Shown: positions 49,796 through 61,373 of the stretch, piece after piece
How positions within the stretch are numbered: position 1 is the first letter of the stretch
How the letters are laid out: every line of letters begins with the position of its first letter
DNA from: Malacoraja senta
Lineage: Eukaryota
Reading direction: 5' to 3'
Assembly (NCBI GenBank): GCA_038087875.1
Contig: CM075998.1
Location: 4,032,001-4,096,000 of the forward strand
Length of the DNA stretch: 64,000 bases
Notes under the pieces: model-generated
The model's database searches: none
Told to the model about the DNA's origin: nothing
The model's input: only the letters and a program-made list of their open reading frames with translations
Position numbers and translations under genes: made by a program

Positions 49796-49960
49796 ATGTC
49801 CAATAGTAATAATACTCAAGAAACACTGGAAATTATGAAGGAATCGGAAAAGAAATTGGTGGAGGAATCTTTAATTAAAAATAAACCTGCATGTCGAACG
49901 TCCAGTAAAGAGGAGTTGGAAAAAGATGGCGAAGACCCAAACTCACAGCAAGAGTTCCAG
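49796..49960 (+). CDS. R3HDM2: R3H domain-containing protein 2, first coding exon (exon probably starts at 49751; ATG at 49796)
   Basis: Translates MSNSNNTQETLEIMKESEKKLVEESLIKNKPACRTSSKEELEKDGEDPNSQQEFQ, closely matching the recalled vertebrate R3HDM2 N-terminus (MSNSNTTQETLEIMKESEKKLVEES...). Acceptor ttgcag at 49745-49750, donor CAG|gtgaga at 49961; 165 coding nt, phase 0. Confidence 0.93.
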
Positions 49961-51239
49961 GTGAGAACCTCGCAGCTGTGGTATCTGTGCCTGTTTATAA
50001 TCATAAGTTCCTTTGACACTCATTCACCCCCTGTGGTTTTCATAACCAGCTTGCATTGTGTCTTTGACAGTGATTGTAAAATTAGAGTTGACGTAATATC
50101 AAGTCATTATTGGTATTCTTGTGAATCTTCTTTCGTGTGGCGTGCACAGCCTAAAGTTGTTGGACAACTTGTTCTATTTGATCTTCCGTTTGTGCACGTC
50201 GAGTTGATTGCATTAGTCGAAACAGGGCGGCCCACGTGAAGGTTGCAATCTTCCACCCCCTTGTGAATCTAAGAATCATAGACAAATTCAGTGTAGAAAC
50301 TGGCCCTTCAGTCCATCTCATCCACTGTTATCCACTTGAGGGGTAAGTATTTCACACAAAGGGTGGTGGGTGTATGGAACAAGCTGCCAGAGTTGATGCT
50401 GGGACTATCCCAACGTTTAAGAAAACAGACAGGTACATGGATAGGACAAGTTTGGAGGGATATGGACCAAGCGCAGGCAGGTGGAACTAGTGTAGATGGG
50501 ACATGTTGGCCGGTGTGGGCAAGTTGGGCCAAAGGGCCTGTTTCTATACTATCACTCTATGACTCTATACTTATCTATGGTAATCCTATTTGCCTGCATT
50601 CGGCCCATATACCTCCATGCATTTCCTACCCAAGTACCTGTCAAGATGCATTTTAAACATTGTAATTGTATCTGCCTCCATGACCTCCTATGGCAGCTCA
50701 TCCCGCATCATCCTCTGTGTGCATATGGTCCCGGGTCTCTTTCAAATTTCTAAACCTAACCTTAACCCTTCGACTGGGAAATAGAGACAAGAGAGAAAAA
50801 GTTTCTGTCAATCTATCCTATCTGAGCCCCTCATAATTTTAGAAAACATCTATAAGGTCACCCCTCGGACGTCTACATTCCATTGAGAATCAACCCAGCC
50901 TATCCAATCTCTCCGATAAATAGTCCTCCATTTCAGACAGCATCCTGGGGAATCTTTTCTACATTCTCTCTATTGCACCCACCTTTCATGTAGTGTGTGA
51001 GAAGTGTACATAACGCTCTAACCAATGTTACGTATAGCTGCAATGTGGCATCCTAACTTGTATACTCTGTGCCTTGGCCTGTGAAAGCAGGCATACCAAA
51101 TGCCTTTATCACTATCCTAGCCACTTGTGATGCCACTTTCGGGGAGCTATAGGCATGCACCACACGGTCTCTATACATCAACACTCCTAAACGCTCCATA
51201 TGGCATATCTCGTTAGACCTAACTCTTTTTATAGCTTTT

Positions 51240-51421
51240 AAGAAGGAACTGCAGATGCTGGACAATCGAAGGTAGACAAAAATGCTGGAGAAACTCAGCG
51301 GGTGCAGCAGCATCTATGGAGCGAAGGAAATAGGCAACGTTTCGGCCCCGAAACGTTGCCCATTTCCTTCGCTCCATAGATGCTGCTGCACCCGCTGAGT
51401 TTCTCCAGCATTTTTGTCCAC
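51240..51421. mobile_element. Fold-back PLE repeat (subfamily B)
   Basis: 15-bp TSD ctttttatagctttt (51225-51239 and 51422-51436). Confidence 0.85.
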
Positions 51422-51844
51422 CTTTTTATAGCTTTTCCAGGTTCAACCTTGCTCCCTCTTTCACAATCTGCAAGGTATCTATCAACTATTCACACCATTT
51501 TTGGATTGGGCACTAAAATATTTTTGCTAGCTGCAAGACTATTTCATGAAAGATGTTTGGACTTTCTTAAATACACGAATGGCTTTGATTCCAACCCCGC
51601 TTTCAGATTTGTACAAAATTATTACTTTTACTCCAGTTACTCAAGAGTGGTTGGGGTAATAGATGAGGAAAATTTCACATTACTGCAGGTAAGGGTTAAA
51701 TGTCATTGTGGAGTGAAGTAAGAGTTATTCTGCACCTCTCCTGTGGACTCATCTTTTCAGTGTTTGTTGCTGAGACTTGATATCAAAAGTGCAAGCCTGT
51801 TGTATTCCAGAGAGCTATTTCAATCTCCGCTGGAGATTGAAATA

Positions 51845-52265
51845 TTCACTGGAGTTTAGAAGGACGACGGGGGATCTTATAGAAACATATAAAATTATAA
51901 AAGGGACTGGACAAGCTAGATGCAGGAAAAATGTTCCCAATGTTGGGCGAGTCCAGAACCAGGGCCACAGTCTTAGAATAAAGGGGAGGTCATTTAAGAC
52001 TGAGGTGAGAAAAAACATTTTCACCCAAGAGAGTTGGTGATTTATGGAATTCCCTGCCACAGAGGGCAGTGGAGGCCAAGTCACTGGATGGATTTAAGAG
52101 AGAGTTAGATAGAGCTCTAGGGGGCTAGTGGAGTCGAGGGATATGGGGAGAAGGCAGGCACGGGTTATTGATAGGGGACGATCAGCCATGATCACAATGA
52201 ATGGCGGTGCTGGTTCGAAGGGCCGAATGGCCGCCTCCTGTACCTATTTTCTATGTTTCTATGTT
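51845..52265 (+). mobile_element. CR1 LINE 3' end
   Basis: YSLEFRRTTGDLIETYKIIKG...HSLRIKGRSFKTEVRKN; ttctatgt tail. Confidence 0.88.
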
Positions 52266-52491
52266 TCCGGTATGTTTGCAATTTTTATCTTGTTCTTTTG
52301 AAGCTCGATTTGGTAGTTGAAGAGTAAAACAGGTGGGAAATAATTTTTGCAGATGCTGGTTTACACCGTAGATAGATTCAAGATGCTGGAGTAACTCAGC
52401 GGGACAGGCAGCATCTCTGGAGAAAAGCAATAGGTGACGTTTCAGCTCGAGACCCTTCTTCAGACTGAGTGTCAGGAACATCATTTCTACT

Positions 52492-53303
52492 ACTACATCC
52501 TCCGTCAGTTTCGCCACCTCCAACGTGACCCCACCACTCGCCACATCTTCCCATCTCCCCCTATGTCTGCCTTCCGCAAAAGACGCTCCCTCCGTAACTC
52601 CCTTGTCAATTCTTCCCTTCCCTCCCATACCACCCCCTCCCCTGGTACTTTCCCTTGCAACCGCAAGAGATGCAACACTTGTCCCTTCACTTCCCCCTCC
52701 ACTTCAAGGACCCAAGCAGTCGTTCCAGGTGCGACAGAGGTTCACCTGCATCTCCTCCAACCTCATCTATTGCATCCGCTGCTCTAGATGCCAGCTGATC
52801 TACATCGGTGAGACCAAGCGGAGGCTTGGCGATCGTTTCGCCGAACACCTCCGGTCGGTCCGCAATAACCAACCTGAACTCCCGGTGGCCTCAGCACTTC
52901 AACTCCCCCTCCCATTCCGTATCTGACCTCTCTGTCCTGGGTCTCCTCCATGGCCACAGCGAGCAACACTGTAATTGGAGGAAATGCACCTCATATTCCG
53001 CTTGGGCAGTCTACATCCTGGTGGCCTGAACGTTGAATTCTCCCAATTCTGCTAGCCCTGGCTGTCCCCTCCCCTTCATCAACCATCTGGTTGTCTCCTC
53101 CCCTCCCCCAGCCCTCGGGCTCCTCCTCCGCCTTTTCCTTTTTTCCTTTCTTCTCCCCACCCCCTATCAGTCTGAAGAAGGGTTTCGGCCCGAAACGTTA
53201 CCTATTTCCTTCGCTCCATAGATGCTGCTGCACCTGCTGAGTTTCTCCAGCATTTTTGTGTACCTTCGATTTTCCAGCATCTGCAGTTCCTTCTTTAACA
53301 CAA
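52492..53303 (+). mobile_element. Penelope-like element 3' part: GIY-YIG endonuclease remnant plus terminal repeat B
   Basis: CNRKRCNTCPF...FTCISSNLIYCIRCSRCQLIYIGETKRRLGDRFAEH; 15-bp TSD aacatcatttctact (52477-52491 and 53304-53318). Confidence 0.9.
53170..53201 (+). ncRNA. Minimal hammerhead ribozyme motif in PLE terminal repeat
   Basis: GU-CUGAAGA-A-GGGU(UUCG)GCCC-GAAAC-GUU-AC; palindromic AACGUU across stem III. Confidence 0.62.
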
Positions 53304-53894
53304 AACATCATTTCTACTGCGCTGCTCTGGTTTTTAGGACGGGTTTAGCACAAGAAATTAATGAATTTCAAGTGAAAGTTCTGACCATTTGCAAATCTTT
53401 TGAGCTGGTTTTAAAAAGCATTGTGAAGGAAACTGGCTGGGTTCATAAAACTGGCGACACCCCCAGGTTGAATTAATCAGCACTGGCAGTTTCTGCAAAT
53501 TGTGCCCCTTTGCAGCCCTTTGAAGACTCTTTTAAAATTGCTGGAGGCTTGCAGGCCTCTTTCAGAAGCTCTTCAATATTAAATATTTAAATTAAAAACT
53601 GATATAACTTGCAAATGGTGCTATGTAGATTTTTAAAGTTACTTTCAATTATTTATGGTCAGATACTGGAATGGGTACTTTGATTAAATGTTTATTTTTT
53701 TATAAGCCTATTGTATTGAGCTGCAGCAGGTTACACCTATCAAAATGTTAAACTAGGCGATGAAACTTTACAGATTGCGGTGATCCCTTGTAGATTCCTG
53801 TTTGATTTATATAAATAAGTTTGAGTGGAAGCTTGAAACATCATTTCTCTTTGGAACACAAAGAGCAATATTGAGTATGGAAGATGGGAGGTCA

Positions 53895-54710
53895 TCTTAG
53901 AATAAAGGGGAGGTCATTTAAGACTGAGGTGAGAAAAAACTTTTTTACCCAGAGAGTTGTGAATTTATGGAATTCCCTGCCACAGAGGGCAGTGGAGGCC
54001 AAGTCACTGGATGGATTTAAGAGAGAGTTAGATAGAGCTCTAGGGGCTAGTGGAATCAAGGGATATGGGGAGAAGGCAGGCACGGGTTATTGATAGGGGA
54101 CGATCAGCCATGATCACAATGAATGGCGGTGCTGGCTCGAAGGGCCGAATGGCCTCCTCCTGCACCTAGTTTCTATAACAGTTGTATAAGACATTGGTGA
54201 GGCCATGTTTAGAGTGTTGTGTTCAGTTCTGGTCACCGTGTTATAGGAAAGATGTTGTCAAGTTGGAAAGGGTGTAGAGAAGATTTACAAGGATGTTGCC
54301 TGGACTAGAGGGTCTGAGCTACAGGGAGAGGATGAGCAGGCTGGGACACTATTCCTTGGAGCGTAGGAGGATGAGGGGTAATCTTACAGAGGTGTATAAG
54401 ATCAAGAGCGGTATAAATAGAGTAAATGTAGTCTTTTGCCCAGTGTAGGGGAATCAAGAACCAGATGATATAGGGTTGTGAGGGGAGAGAAATGTAATAA
54501 CTACCTGAGGGGCAGGTGTATGAAGCGAGCTGCTGCAGGAGGTAGTTGTGGCAGGTACTATCACAACATTTAGACAGGTATATGGATATAGGTTTAGAGG
54601 GATATGGGACAAAATGCAGGCAGGTGAGACTAGTGTAGATGGACATGTTAGTCGGCATGGGCAAGTTGGGCCGAATGGCCTATTTCCACACTGTATCACT
54701 CTGACTCTAT
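53895..54710 (+). mobile_element. Two abutting CR1 3' fragments of different subfamilies (53895-54175; 54178-54710)
   Basis: First nearly identical to 51970-52255; second matches 16910-17480. Confidence 0.85.
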
Positions 54711-54757
54711 GGGTAGAAACAATGAACTACAGGTGCTGGTTAATACACAAAAGCATA

Positions 54758-55150
54758 CAAAGTGCTGGAGTAACTCAGCGGGTCAGGCAGCATCTGTGGA
54801 GAACATGGATAGGTGACGTTTCACAGAGTGCTGGAGTAACTCAGCGGGTCAGGCAGCATCCTCTGGAGAACATGGATAGGTGATGTTTCACAGAGTGCTG
54901 GAGTAACTCAGCGGGTCAGGCAGCATCTGTGGAGAACATGGATAGGTGGCGTTTCACAGAGTGCTGGAGTAACTCAGCGGGTCAGGCAGCATCTGTGGAG
55001 AACATGGATAGGTGACGTTTCACAGAGTGCTGGAGTAACTCAGCCGGTTAGGCAGCATCTCTGGAGAACATGGATAGGTGACGTTTCACAGAGTGCTGGA
55101 GTAACTCAGGTCAGGCAGCATCTCTGGTCAACATGGATAGGTGACATTTC
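54758..55150. repeat. 66-bp tandem array (~6 units) inside a PLE-A repeat (54722-55245)
   Basis: Same unit and same gtttca|cagagtg junction as 18000-18381. Confidence 0.92.
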
Positions 55151-55544
55151 GGGTCAGGACACTTCTTCAGACTGAAGACATCACTTATCCATGTTCTCCA
55201 GCGATGCTGCCTGACCTGCTGAGTTACTCCAACACTCTGTGTCCTTTTTTTAGCAATATTGTGTAGCACATCTTGCGACAAATTCGAACCCATGTTGTAG
55301 AACATTAGTAGTAACAGCATTAAGCAAGTTTTGAATCTGGTGAGTTGCCACGTCTTATTATTAAGAATTAGAGTACTAGACACAATTAGCCTATTCATAT
55401 CTCGGTCTCCTACATTAAGTTACTCATGCATCGTGTTTCTTTTTCCGCTGCTGGGAGGATGAACAGGCTCCTCCACAGGGAAGTCTTAGTTGAATGAAAG
55501 CATTTGTATGACTCAGTACCTTTGACCCATTGGAACATGGCAAC

Positions 55545-55875
55545 GTTTAGATTAGAAATAGTGTGAAAACAGGCCATTCGGCCCACAGAGTCTGTGCCGG
55601 CCAATGATCACCCATACACTAATTCCATGTTGTCCCAGTTTCACATCCCGCACACGATACGATGGAACTTTATATATACCAGGAGGGAAATTGGCCAGAA
55701 TTGCATAGTCAAATTAACCTACAAACCTGTTCGTCTTTAGAGTGTGGGAGGAAACTGGAGCACCTGGGGGAAAGCCACGCGGTCACGGGGCGAATGTACA
55801 AACTTTGCACAGACAGCACACGTAGTCAGGATTGATCTCTGGCGCTATAAAGCAGCAACTCTACCACTGTGCCTG
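55545..55875 (-). mobile_element. V-SINE (HE1-like), diverged
   Basis: aaacaggccattcggccc...gtgtgggaggaaactggagcacc...gcagcaactctaccactgtgcc. Confidence 0.75.
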
Positions 55876-55995
55876 CCAGGCAGATGTGTTACAATGAACT
55901 TGGCCTGGGAGAAAATATTTTGACTAAAAAAATTCGAGAAAATAACAAAACAAAATCCAAGAAAACATACCAGTTTGTCAGCTTGCCTAATCTAG

Positions 55996-57653
55996 CTCCA
56001 TAATGTTTGGGACAAAGACCCATCATTTATTTATTTGCCTCTGTACTCCACAATTTGACATTGTAATAGAAAAAAAATCACATGTGGATGAAGTGCACAT
56101 TGTCAGATTTTAATAAAGGCCATTTTTATACATTTTGGTTTCACCATGTGGAAATTACAGCTGTGTTTTTCCATAGTCCACCCCCCCCCCCCCCCCCCCA
56201 TTTCAGAGCACAATAATGTTTGGGACACATGGCTTCACAGGTGTTTGTAATTGCTCAGGTGTGTTTAATTGCCTCCTTAATGCAGGTATAAGAGAGCTCT
56301 CAGCACCTAGTCTTTCTCCAGTCTTTCCATCACATATGGAAACTTTTTTTGCTGTTTATCAACATGAGGACCAAAGTTGTGCCAATGAAAGTCAAAGAAG
56401 CCATTATGAGACTGAGAAGCAAGAATAAAACTGTTAAGAGACATCAGCTAAACCTTAGGCTTACCAAAATCAACTGTTTGGAACATCATTAAGAAGAAAG
56501 AGAGCACTGGTGAGCTTACTAATCGCAAAGGGACTGGCAGGCCAAGGAAGACCTCCACAGCTGATGACAGAAAAATTCTCTCTATAATAAAGAAAAATCC
56601 CCAAACACCTGTCCGACAGATCAGAAAACTCTTCAGGAGTCAGGTGTGGATTTGTCAATGACCACTGTCTGCAGAGGACTTCATGAACAGAAATACAGAG
56701 GCTACACTGCAAGATGCAAACCACTGGTTCGCCGCAAAAATAGGATGGCCAGGTTACAGTTTGCCAAGAAGTACTTAAAAGAGCAACCACAGTTCTGGAT
56801 ATAGGTCTTGTGGACAGATGAGAAGAAGATGAACTTGTATCAGAGTGATGGCAAGAGCAAAGTATGGAGGAGAGAAGGAACTGCCCAAGATCCAAAGCAT
56901 ACCACCTCATCTGTGAAACATGGCGTTGGGTGTTATGGCCTGGGCATGTATGGCTGCTGAAGGTACTGACTCACTTATCTTCATTGATGATACAACTGCT
57001 GATGGTAGTACCATAATGAATTCTGAAGTGTATAGACACATCCTATCTGCTCAAGTTCAAACAAATGCCTCAAAACTCATTGGCCGGCGGTTCATTCTAC
57101 AGCAAGACAATGATCCCAAGCATACTGCTAAAGCAACAAAGGAGTTTTTTCAAAGCTAAAAAATGGTAAATTCTTGATAGGCCAAGTCAATCACCCGATC
57201 TGAACCCAATTGAGCATTCCTTTTATATGCTGAAGAGAAAACTGAAGGGGACTAGCCCCCAAAACAAGCATAAGCTAAAGATGGCTGCAATACAGGCCTG
57301 GCTGAGCATCACCAGAGAAGACACCCAGCAACTGGTGATGTCCATGAATCGCAGACTTCAAGCAGTCATTGCATGCAAAGGAAATGCAACAAAATACTAA
57401 ACATGACTACTTTAATTTACATGACATTGCTGTGTCCCAAACATTATGGTGCCCTGAAATGGGAGGGACTATGTATAAACACTGCTGTAGTTTCTACATG
57501 GTGAAACCAAAATGTATAAAAATGGCCTTTATTAAAATCTGACAATGTGCACTTTAACCACATGTGATTTTCTATTACAAATCTCAAATTTTGGAGTACA
57601 GAGGCAAATAAATAAATGACGGGTCTTTGTCCCAAACATTATGGAGGGCACAG
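55996..57653 (+). mobile_element. Tc1 DNA transposon (IR/DR type), near full length, inactive
   Basis: About 220-bp inverted repeats each carrying two copies of ataatgtttgggaca; outer ends eroded, TA TSD not visible. Confidence 0.93.
56364..57400 (+). pseudogene. Tc1 DD34E transposase pseudogene
   Basis: MRTKVVPMKVKEAIMRL..., GRPRKT, VLWTDE, LQQDNDPKH, SPDLNPIE, ending KGNATKY*; several frameshifts and stops. Confidence 0.9.
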
Positions 57654-57682
57654 GATGTTCTTTTTGTTTGCTGCACCAGTAT

Positions 57683-58172
57683 TAGTCAAGTCAAGTCACA
57701 TTTATTTATATAGCACATTTAAAAAACAACTCTCGTTGGCCAAAGTGCTTTACATTTGTTATAAGAATAGCATAAACAAAACAAACTACATACATATATA
57801 CATGTAGCCCTCACTCAGAGGACGTCAGGAAAGGCTTGGGAGTATAGATAAGTTTTTAGTCTTGACTTAAAAGAGTCGATGGAGGGGGCAGTTCTGATGG
57901 GAAAGGGGATGCTGTTCCATAGTCTAGGAGCTGCAACCGCAAAGGCGCGGTCGCCCCTGAGCTTATGCCTAGACCGTGGGATATTCAGCAACCCCAAGTC
58001 GGCCGATCTGAGGGGCCTGGAGGTGGAGTGGTGGGTGAGAAGACTTTTTATGTAGGTGGGGGCAAGCCCATTCAGGGCTTTGTAGACATGGAGGAGGATC
58101 TTGAAGTTTATACGGAACCGCACAGGGAGCCAGTGGAGAGAGGCCAGGATCGGGGTGATGTGGTCCCTTTTT
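57683..58172 (-). mobile_element. L2-type LINE 3' end
   Basis: ORF 57815-58123 FRINFKILLHVYKALNGLAPTY...GDRAFAVAAPRLWNSIP...FKSRLKTYLY; (cttga)n tail. Confidence 0.88.
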
Positions 58173-58724
58173 CGGTTATTGGTGCTCAGACAATGAGACC
58201 ATCGTCCATAATAGACCCTTTTAGAGCTTTGTCCATTTGCACTCCCATCCCCGGAAACACTCCGAGTGCTAAGTGAGGTATCACTGTGTCGGGATACTTA
58301 ATGCGTCACAACATCCTGGCTAAAGGTTTTGTACCCATTTTTTGTCTGAGCTGACATTGGAACACATGTTTATAATTGCTGGAGTTGGACCTTTGCAACA
58401 GCCGTGTAGCACAAAATAACTACATTCCCCATTGGAGAACATAGAACCATTGCCCCTGGTTCAGGCATGTGCTTCAGGAAGTCTTGCACCTCTGCTCATG
58501 TGCAGAAACCACTGAAGCCTGATGCCAGGTGTGCTGCAGATAGACACACAATGCTGGAGTAACTCAGCGTGACAGGCAGCATCTCTGGAGAGAAGGAATG
58601 GGTGATGTTTCTGATCGAGACCCTTCTTCAGACCAGAAACGTCACCCAATCCTTCTCTCCAGAGATGCTGCCTGATCCGCTGAGTTACGCCCGCATGTTG
58701 TGTCAATGTTCGTGTAAATCAGCA

Positions 58725-59030
58725 TCTACATATCAGAGCTCTGATTCGGCCGCGGGACTGACTTACCATCACCCGACGGGCTCACAACATCAGAAACCTG
58801 GATCGCCTCAACGCAGAGGGAGAACAAGGAGGGAAGAGACAAGGACTTTAAGACTTTTGCCTTCCATCACAGTGAGGAGGTGCCTGGTAGACTCACTGTG
58901 GTGGATGTTAAATCTGTGTTCATTGTGTGTTTTGTTATTTTATTCTATGTTATGACTGCAAGGCACGAAATTTCATTCAGACTGAAAAGTCTGAATGACA
59001 ATAAAGGATACTTTGACTTTTTTGATTTTG
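58725..59030 (+). mobile_element. Unclassified non-autonomous retroposon (family of 27860-28335)
   Basis: Shared 3' hairpin, aataaa and (tttga)n tail. Confidence 0.55.
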
Positions 59031-59136
59031 ATATGTTGTACCTGAGTTGTCATTGGCCTTAGTGATGGAGAAGTGCCCTCCTGAAGTGAGGATCTATATT
59101 CAATGCCTGAATGGGATCCCTGGGCATCCTTGTACA

Positions 59137-59820
59137 TCAGTCACTGAAAGTAAACATGAAGGTACAGCAGGCAGTGAAGAAAGCTAATGGCATGTTGGCA
59201 TGAGAGGATTTGAGTAAAGGAGCAAAGAGCTCCTTCTGCAGGGTCCTGGTGAGACCACACCTGGAGTATTGTGTGCAGTTTTGGCCTCCCAATTTGAGGG
59301 AGAACATTCCTGCTATTGAGGGAGTGCAGCGTAGGTTCACGAGGTTAATTCCCGGGATGGCGGGACTGTCATATGATGAAAGAATGGAATGACTGGGCTT
59401 GTATTCACTGGAATTTAGAAGGATGAGAGGATATCTTATAAAAACATATAAAATTATTAAAGGATCGGACAAGCTAGATGCAGGAAACATGTTCCCGATG
59501 TTGGGGGAGTCCAGAACCAGGGGCCACAGTTTAAGAATAAGGGGTCGGCCATTTAGAACTGAGATGAGGAAAAACTTTTTCACCCAGAGAGTTGTGAATT
59601 TGGGGAATTCTCTGCCTCCGAAGGCAATGGAGGCCAATTCACTGGATGGATTCAAAAGAGTTAGATCGAGCCCCTTAGGGCTAGCGGAGTCAAGGGATAT
59701 GGTGAGAAGGCAGGAACAGGGTACTGATTGTGGATGATCTCGCCATGATCACATTGAATGGTGGTGCTGGCTCGAAGGGCCGAGTGGCATACTCCTGCAC
59801 CTATTTTCTCTGTTTCTATG
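59137..59820 (+). mobile_element. CR1 LINE 3' portion
   Basis: LVRPHLEYCVQFWPP, YSLEFRRMRG...FFTQRVVNL; 3'UTR. Confidence 0.9.
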
Positions 59821-60162
59821 ACCCTGATATGAAAACAAGTAAGCTACTTGCTCTGTTTTAAGCATTTATTAGTACTTTAATGTGATTTTTAATTGAACAC
59901 ATTTCTAAATCGTTTTTAAACTAGACAAATAGATTTAGATTTCTTTGAAATGTCGCTGCCTTTGAAAGACATTCAAGTTCCTTAAAAAGCCTTTGGCAGC
60001 TGATAAAGGCTGCCTCGGAATATGATGCCCAGGACTGCTCCACCTCACTCAATTCCCAATGGATGCTGAGGCAGATTGTCCATCCTTCTCCATCCAGAAA
60101 TATAATGCAAGTGGACGGGGTCTCTGGCAGCTGGTTGCGTCCAGGGCATTATGACCCATGAC

Positions 60163-60520
60163 ATTGTTAAGGGCTTGGACACGCTAGAGGCAGGAAACAT
60201 GTTCCCGATGTTGGGGGAGTCCAGAACCAGGGGCCACACAGTTTAAGAATAAGGAGTAAGCCATTTAGAACGGAGACGAGGAAACACTTTTTCTCACAGA
60301 GAGTTGTGAGTCTGTGGAATTCTCTGCCTCAGAGGGCGTGGAGGCCGGTTCTCTTGATGTTTTCAAGAGAGAGCTAGATAGGGCTCTTAAAAATAGCGGA
60401 GTCAGGGAATATGGGGAGAAGGCAGGAACGGGGTACTGATTGTGGATGATCAGCTGGCTCGAAGGGCCAAATGGCTACTCCTGCACCTATTGTCTATTGT
60501 CTATTGCCTATTGTCTATTG
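60163..60520 (+). mobile_element. CR1 LINE 3' end
   Basis: ggaaacatgttcccgatgttgggggagtccag...; (ctattgt)n tail. Confidence 0.85.
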
Positions 60521-60664
60521 ACTTCTTCATAGTGTATCGGTGGAATCCATCTGAATACTTTTGCTTTGTGTCCACACTTCCCTGGTCTGCAGTTGGTCTT
60601 GTATTGTCCATGAAATGACCCCTAAGAAGGTTCCTAACTCACTGATGTGGTTTCTTTTTTGCAG

Positions 60665-60706
60665 CGAAGAACACAAAACCACGGGCACTCGAGGAAGCGA
60701 TCCAAG
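60665..60706 (+). CDS. R3HDM2: R3HDM2 second coding exon (42 nt)
   Basis: tttcttttttgcag|CGA...AAG|gtcaga; encodes RRTQNHGHSRKRSK (recalled mammalian RRTSNHGHARKRAK); phase 0-0; cctaac branch-like motif about 30 nt upstream. Confidence 0.9.
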
Positions 60707-61283
60707 GTCAGAATGTGCTCGTAATAAATGGAAAACCTATCTTAATCTTGCCCTCACTGGGATGAACGCGTAATTTTGAGTTCGGAAGGAAAACACCCTG
60801 GGAAAGTAAACTTTTTTTTTTGTGCGGATAAATCCTTTTTGGGAAAATTCCAGCGGTGTTTTCGGAACGAGATGCTGCATGGGGAGAAGGCTGATTGTGG
60901 ATGATCAGTCATGATCACATTGAATGGCGGTGCTGGCTTGAAGGGCCGAATGGCCTCCTGCACCTATTGTCTATGTATCTATGATGGAATTTGTACTTGA
61001 CTGCTGATTGACCAGTTTAAGTGACGTGCTGGGTTTCGTGTGGGCTGATTGTACGCATTGCATAAATCCATGCTGAAAACCTCAAGGTCAACGGTCCATT
61101 TTTATCATTAATCAATCAATCAATCAGTGTCAGAGCAGGCAATTACTGTGGTGTTGTTTAGGGTGTTAAAACTCACCGTTGCATCATTGAGCTATTGATA
61201 TGGTGGAGAGGGAATGAGCCAGAGTTATTAACTGTCTGTATACCCTCGATATCTTTCAATGATTCTATTTTCGTTCTCTCCAG

Positions 61284-61373
61284 TCCAATTCCAAGCTGAA
61301 GTTGGTACGAAGTCTTGCTGTATGTGAAGAATCTTCGCACCCATTCACGTGTGATGGGCCTCAGGAACTTCAG
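61284..61373 (+). CDS. R3HDM2: R3HDM2 third coding exon (90 nt)
   Basis: ttctctccag|TCC...CAG|gtaaaa; encodes SNSKLKLVRSLAVCEESSHPFTCDGPQELQ with the family KLVRSLAVCEES motif; phase 0-0. No further exon recognised inside the window. Confidence 0.93.

Noticed and set aside
49961..50239. Extension of the 147-aa ORF beyond codon 55
   Set aside because: Intron read-through after the gtgaga donor; similarity resumes at 60665.
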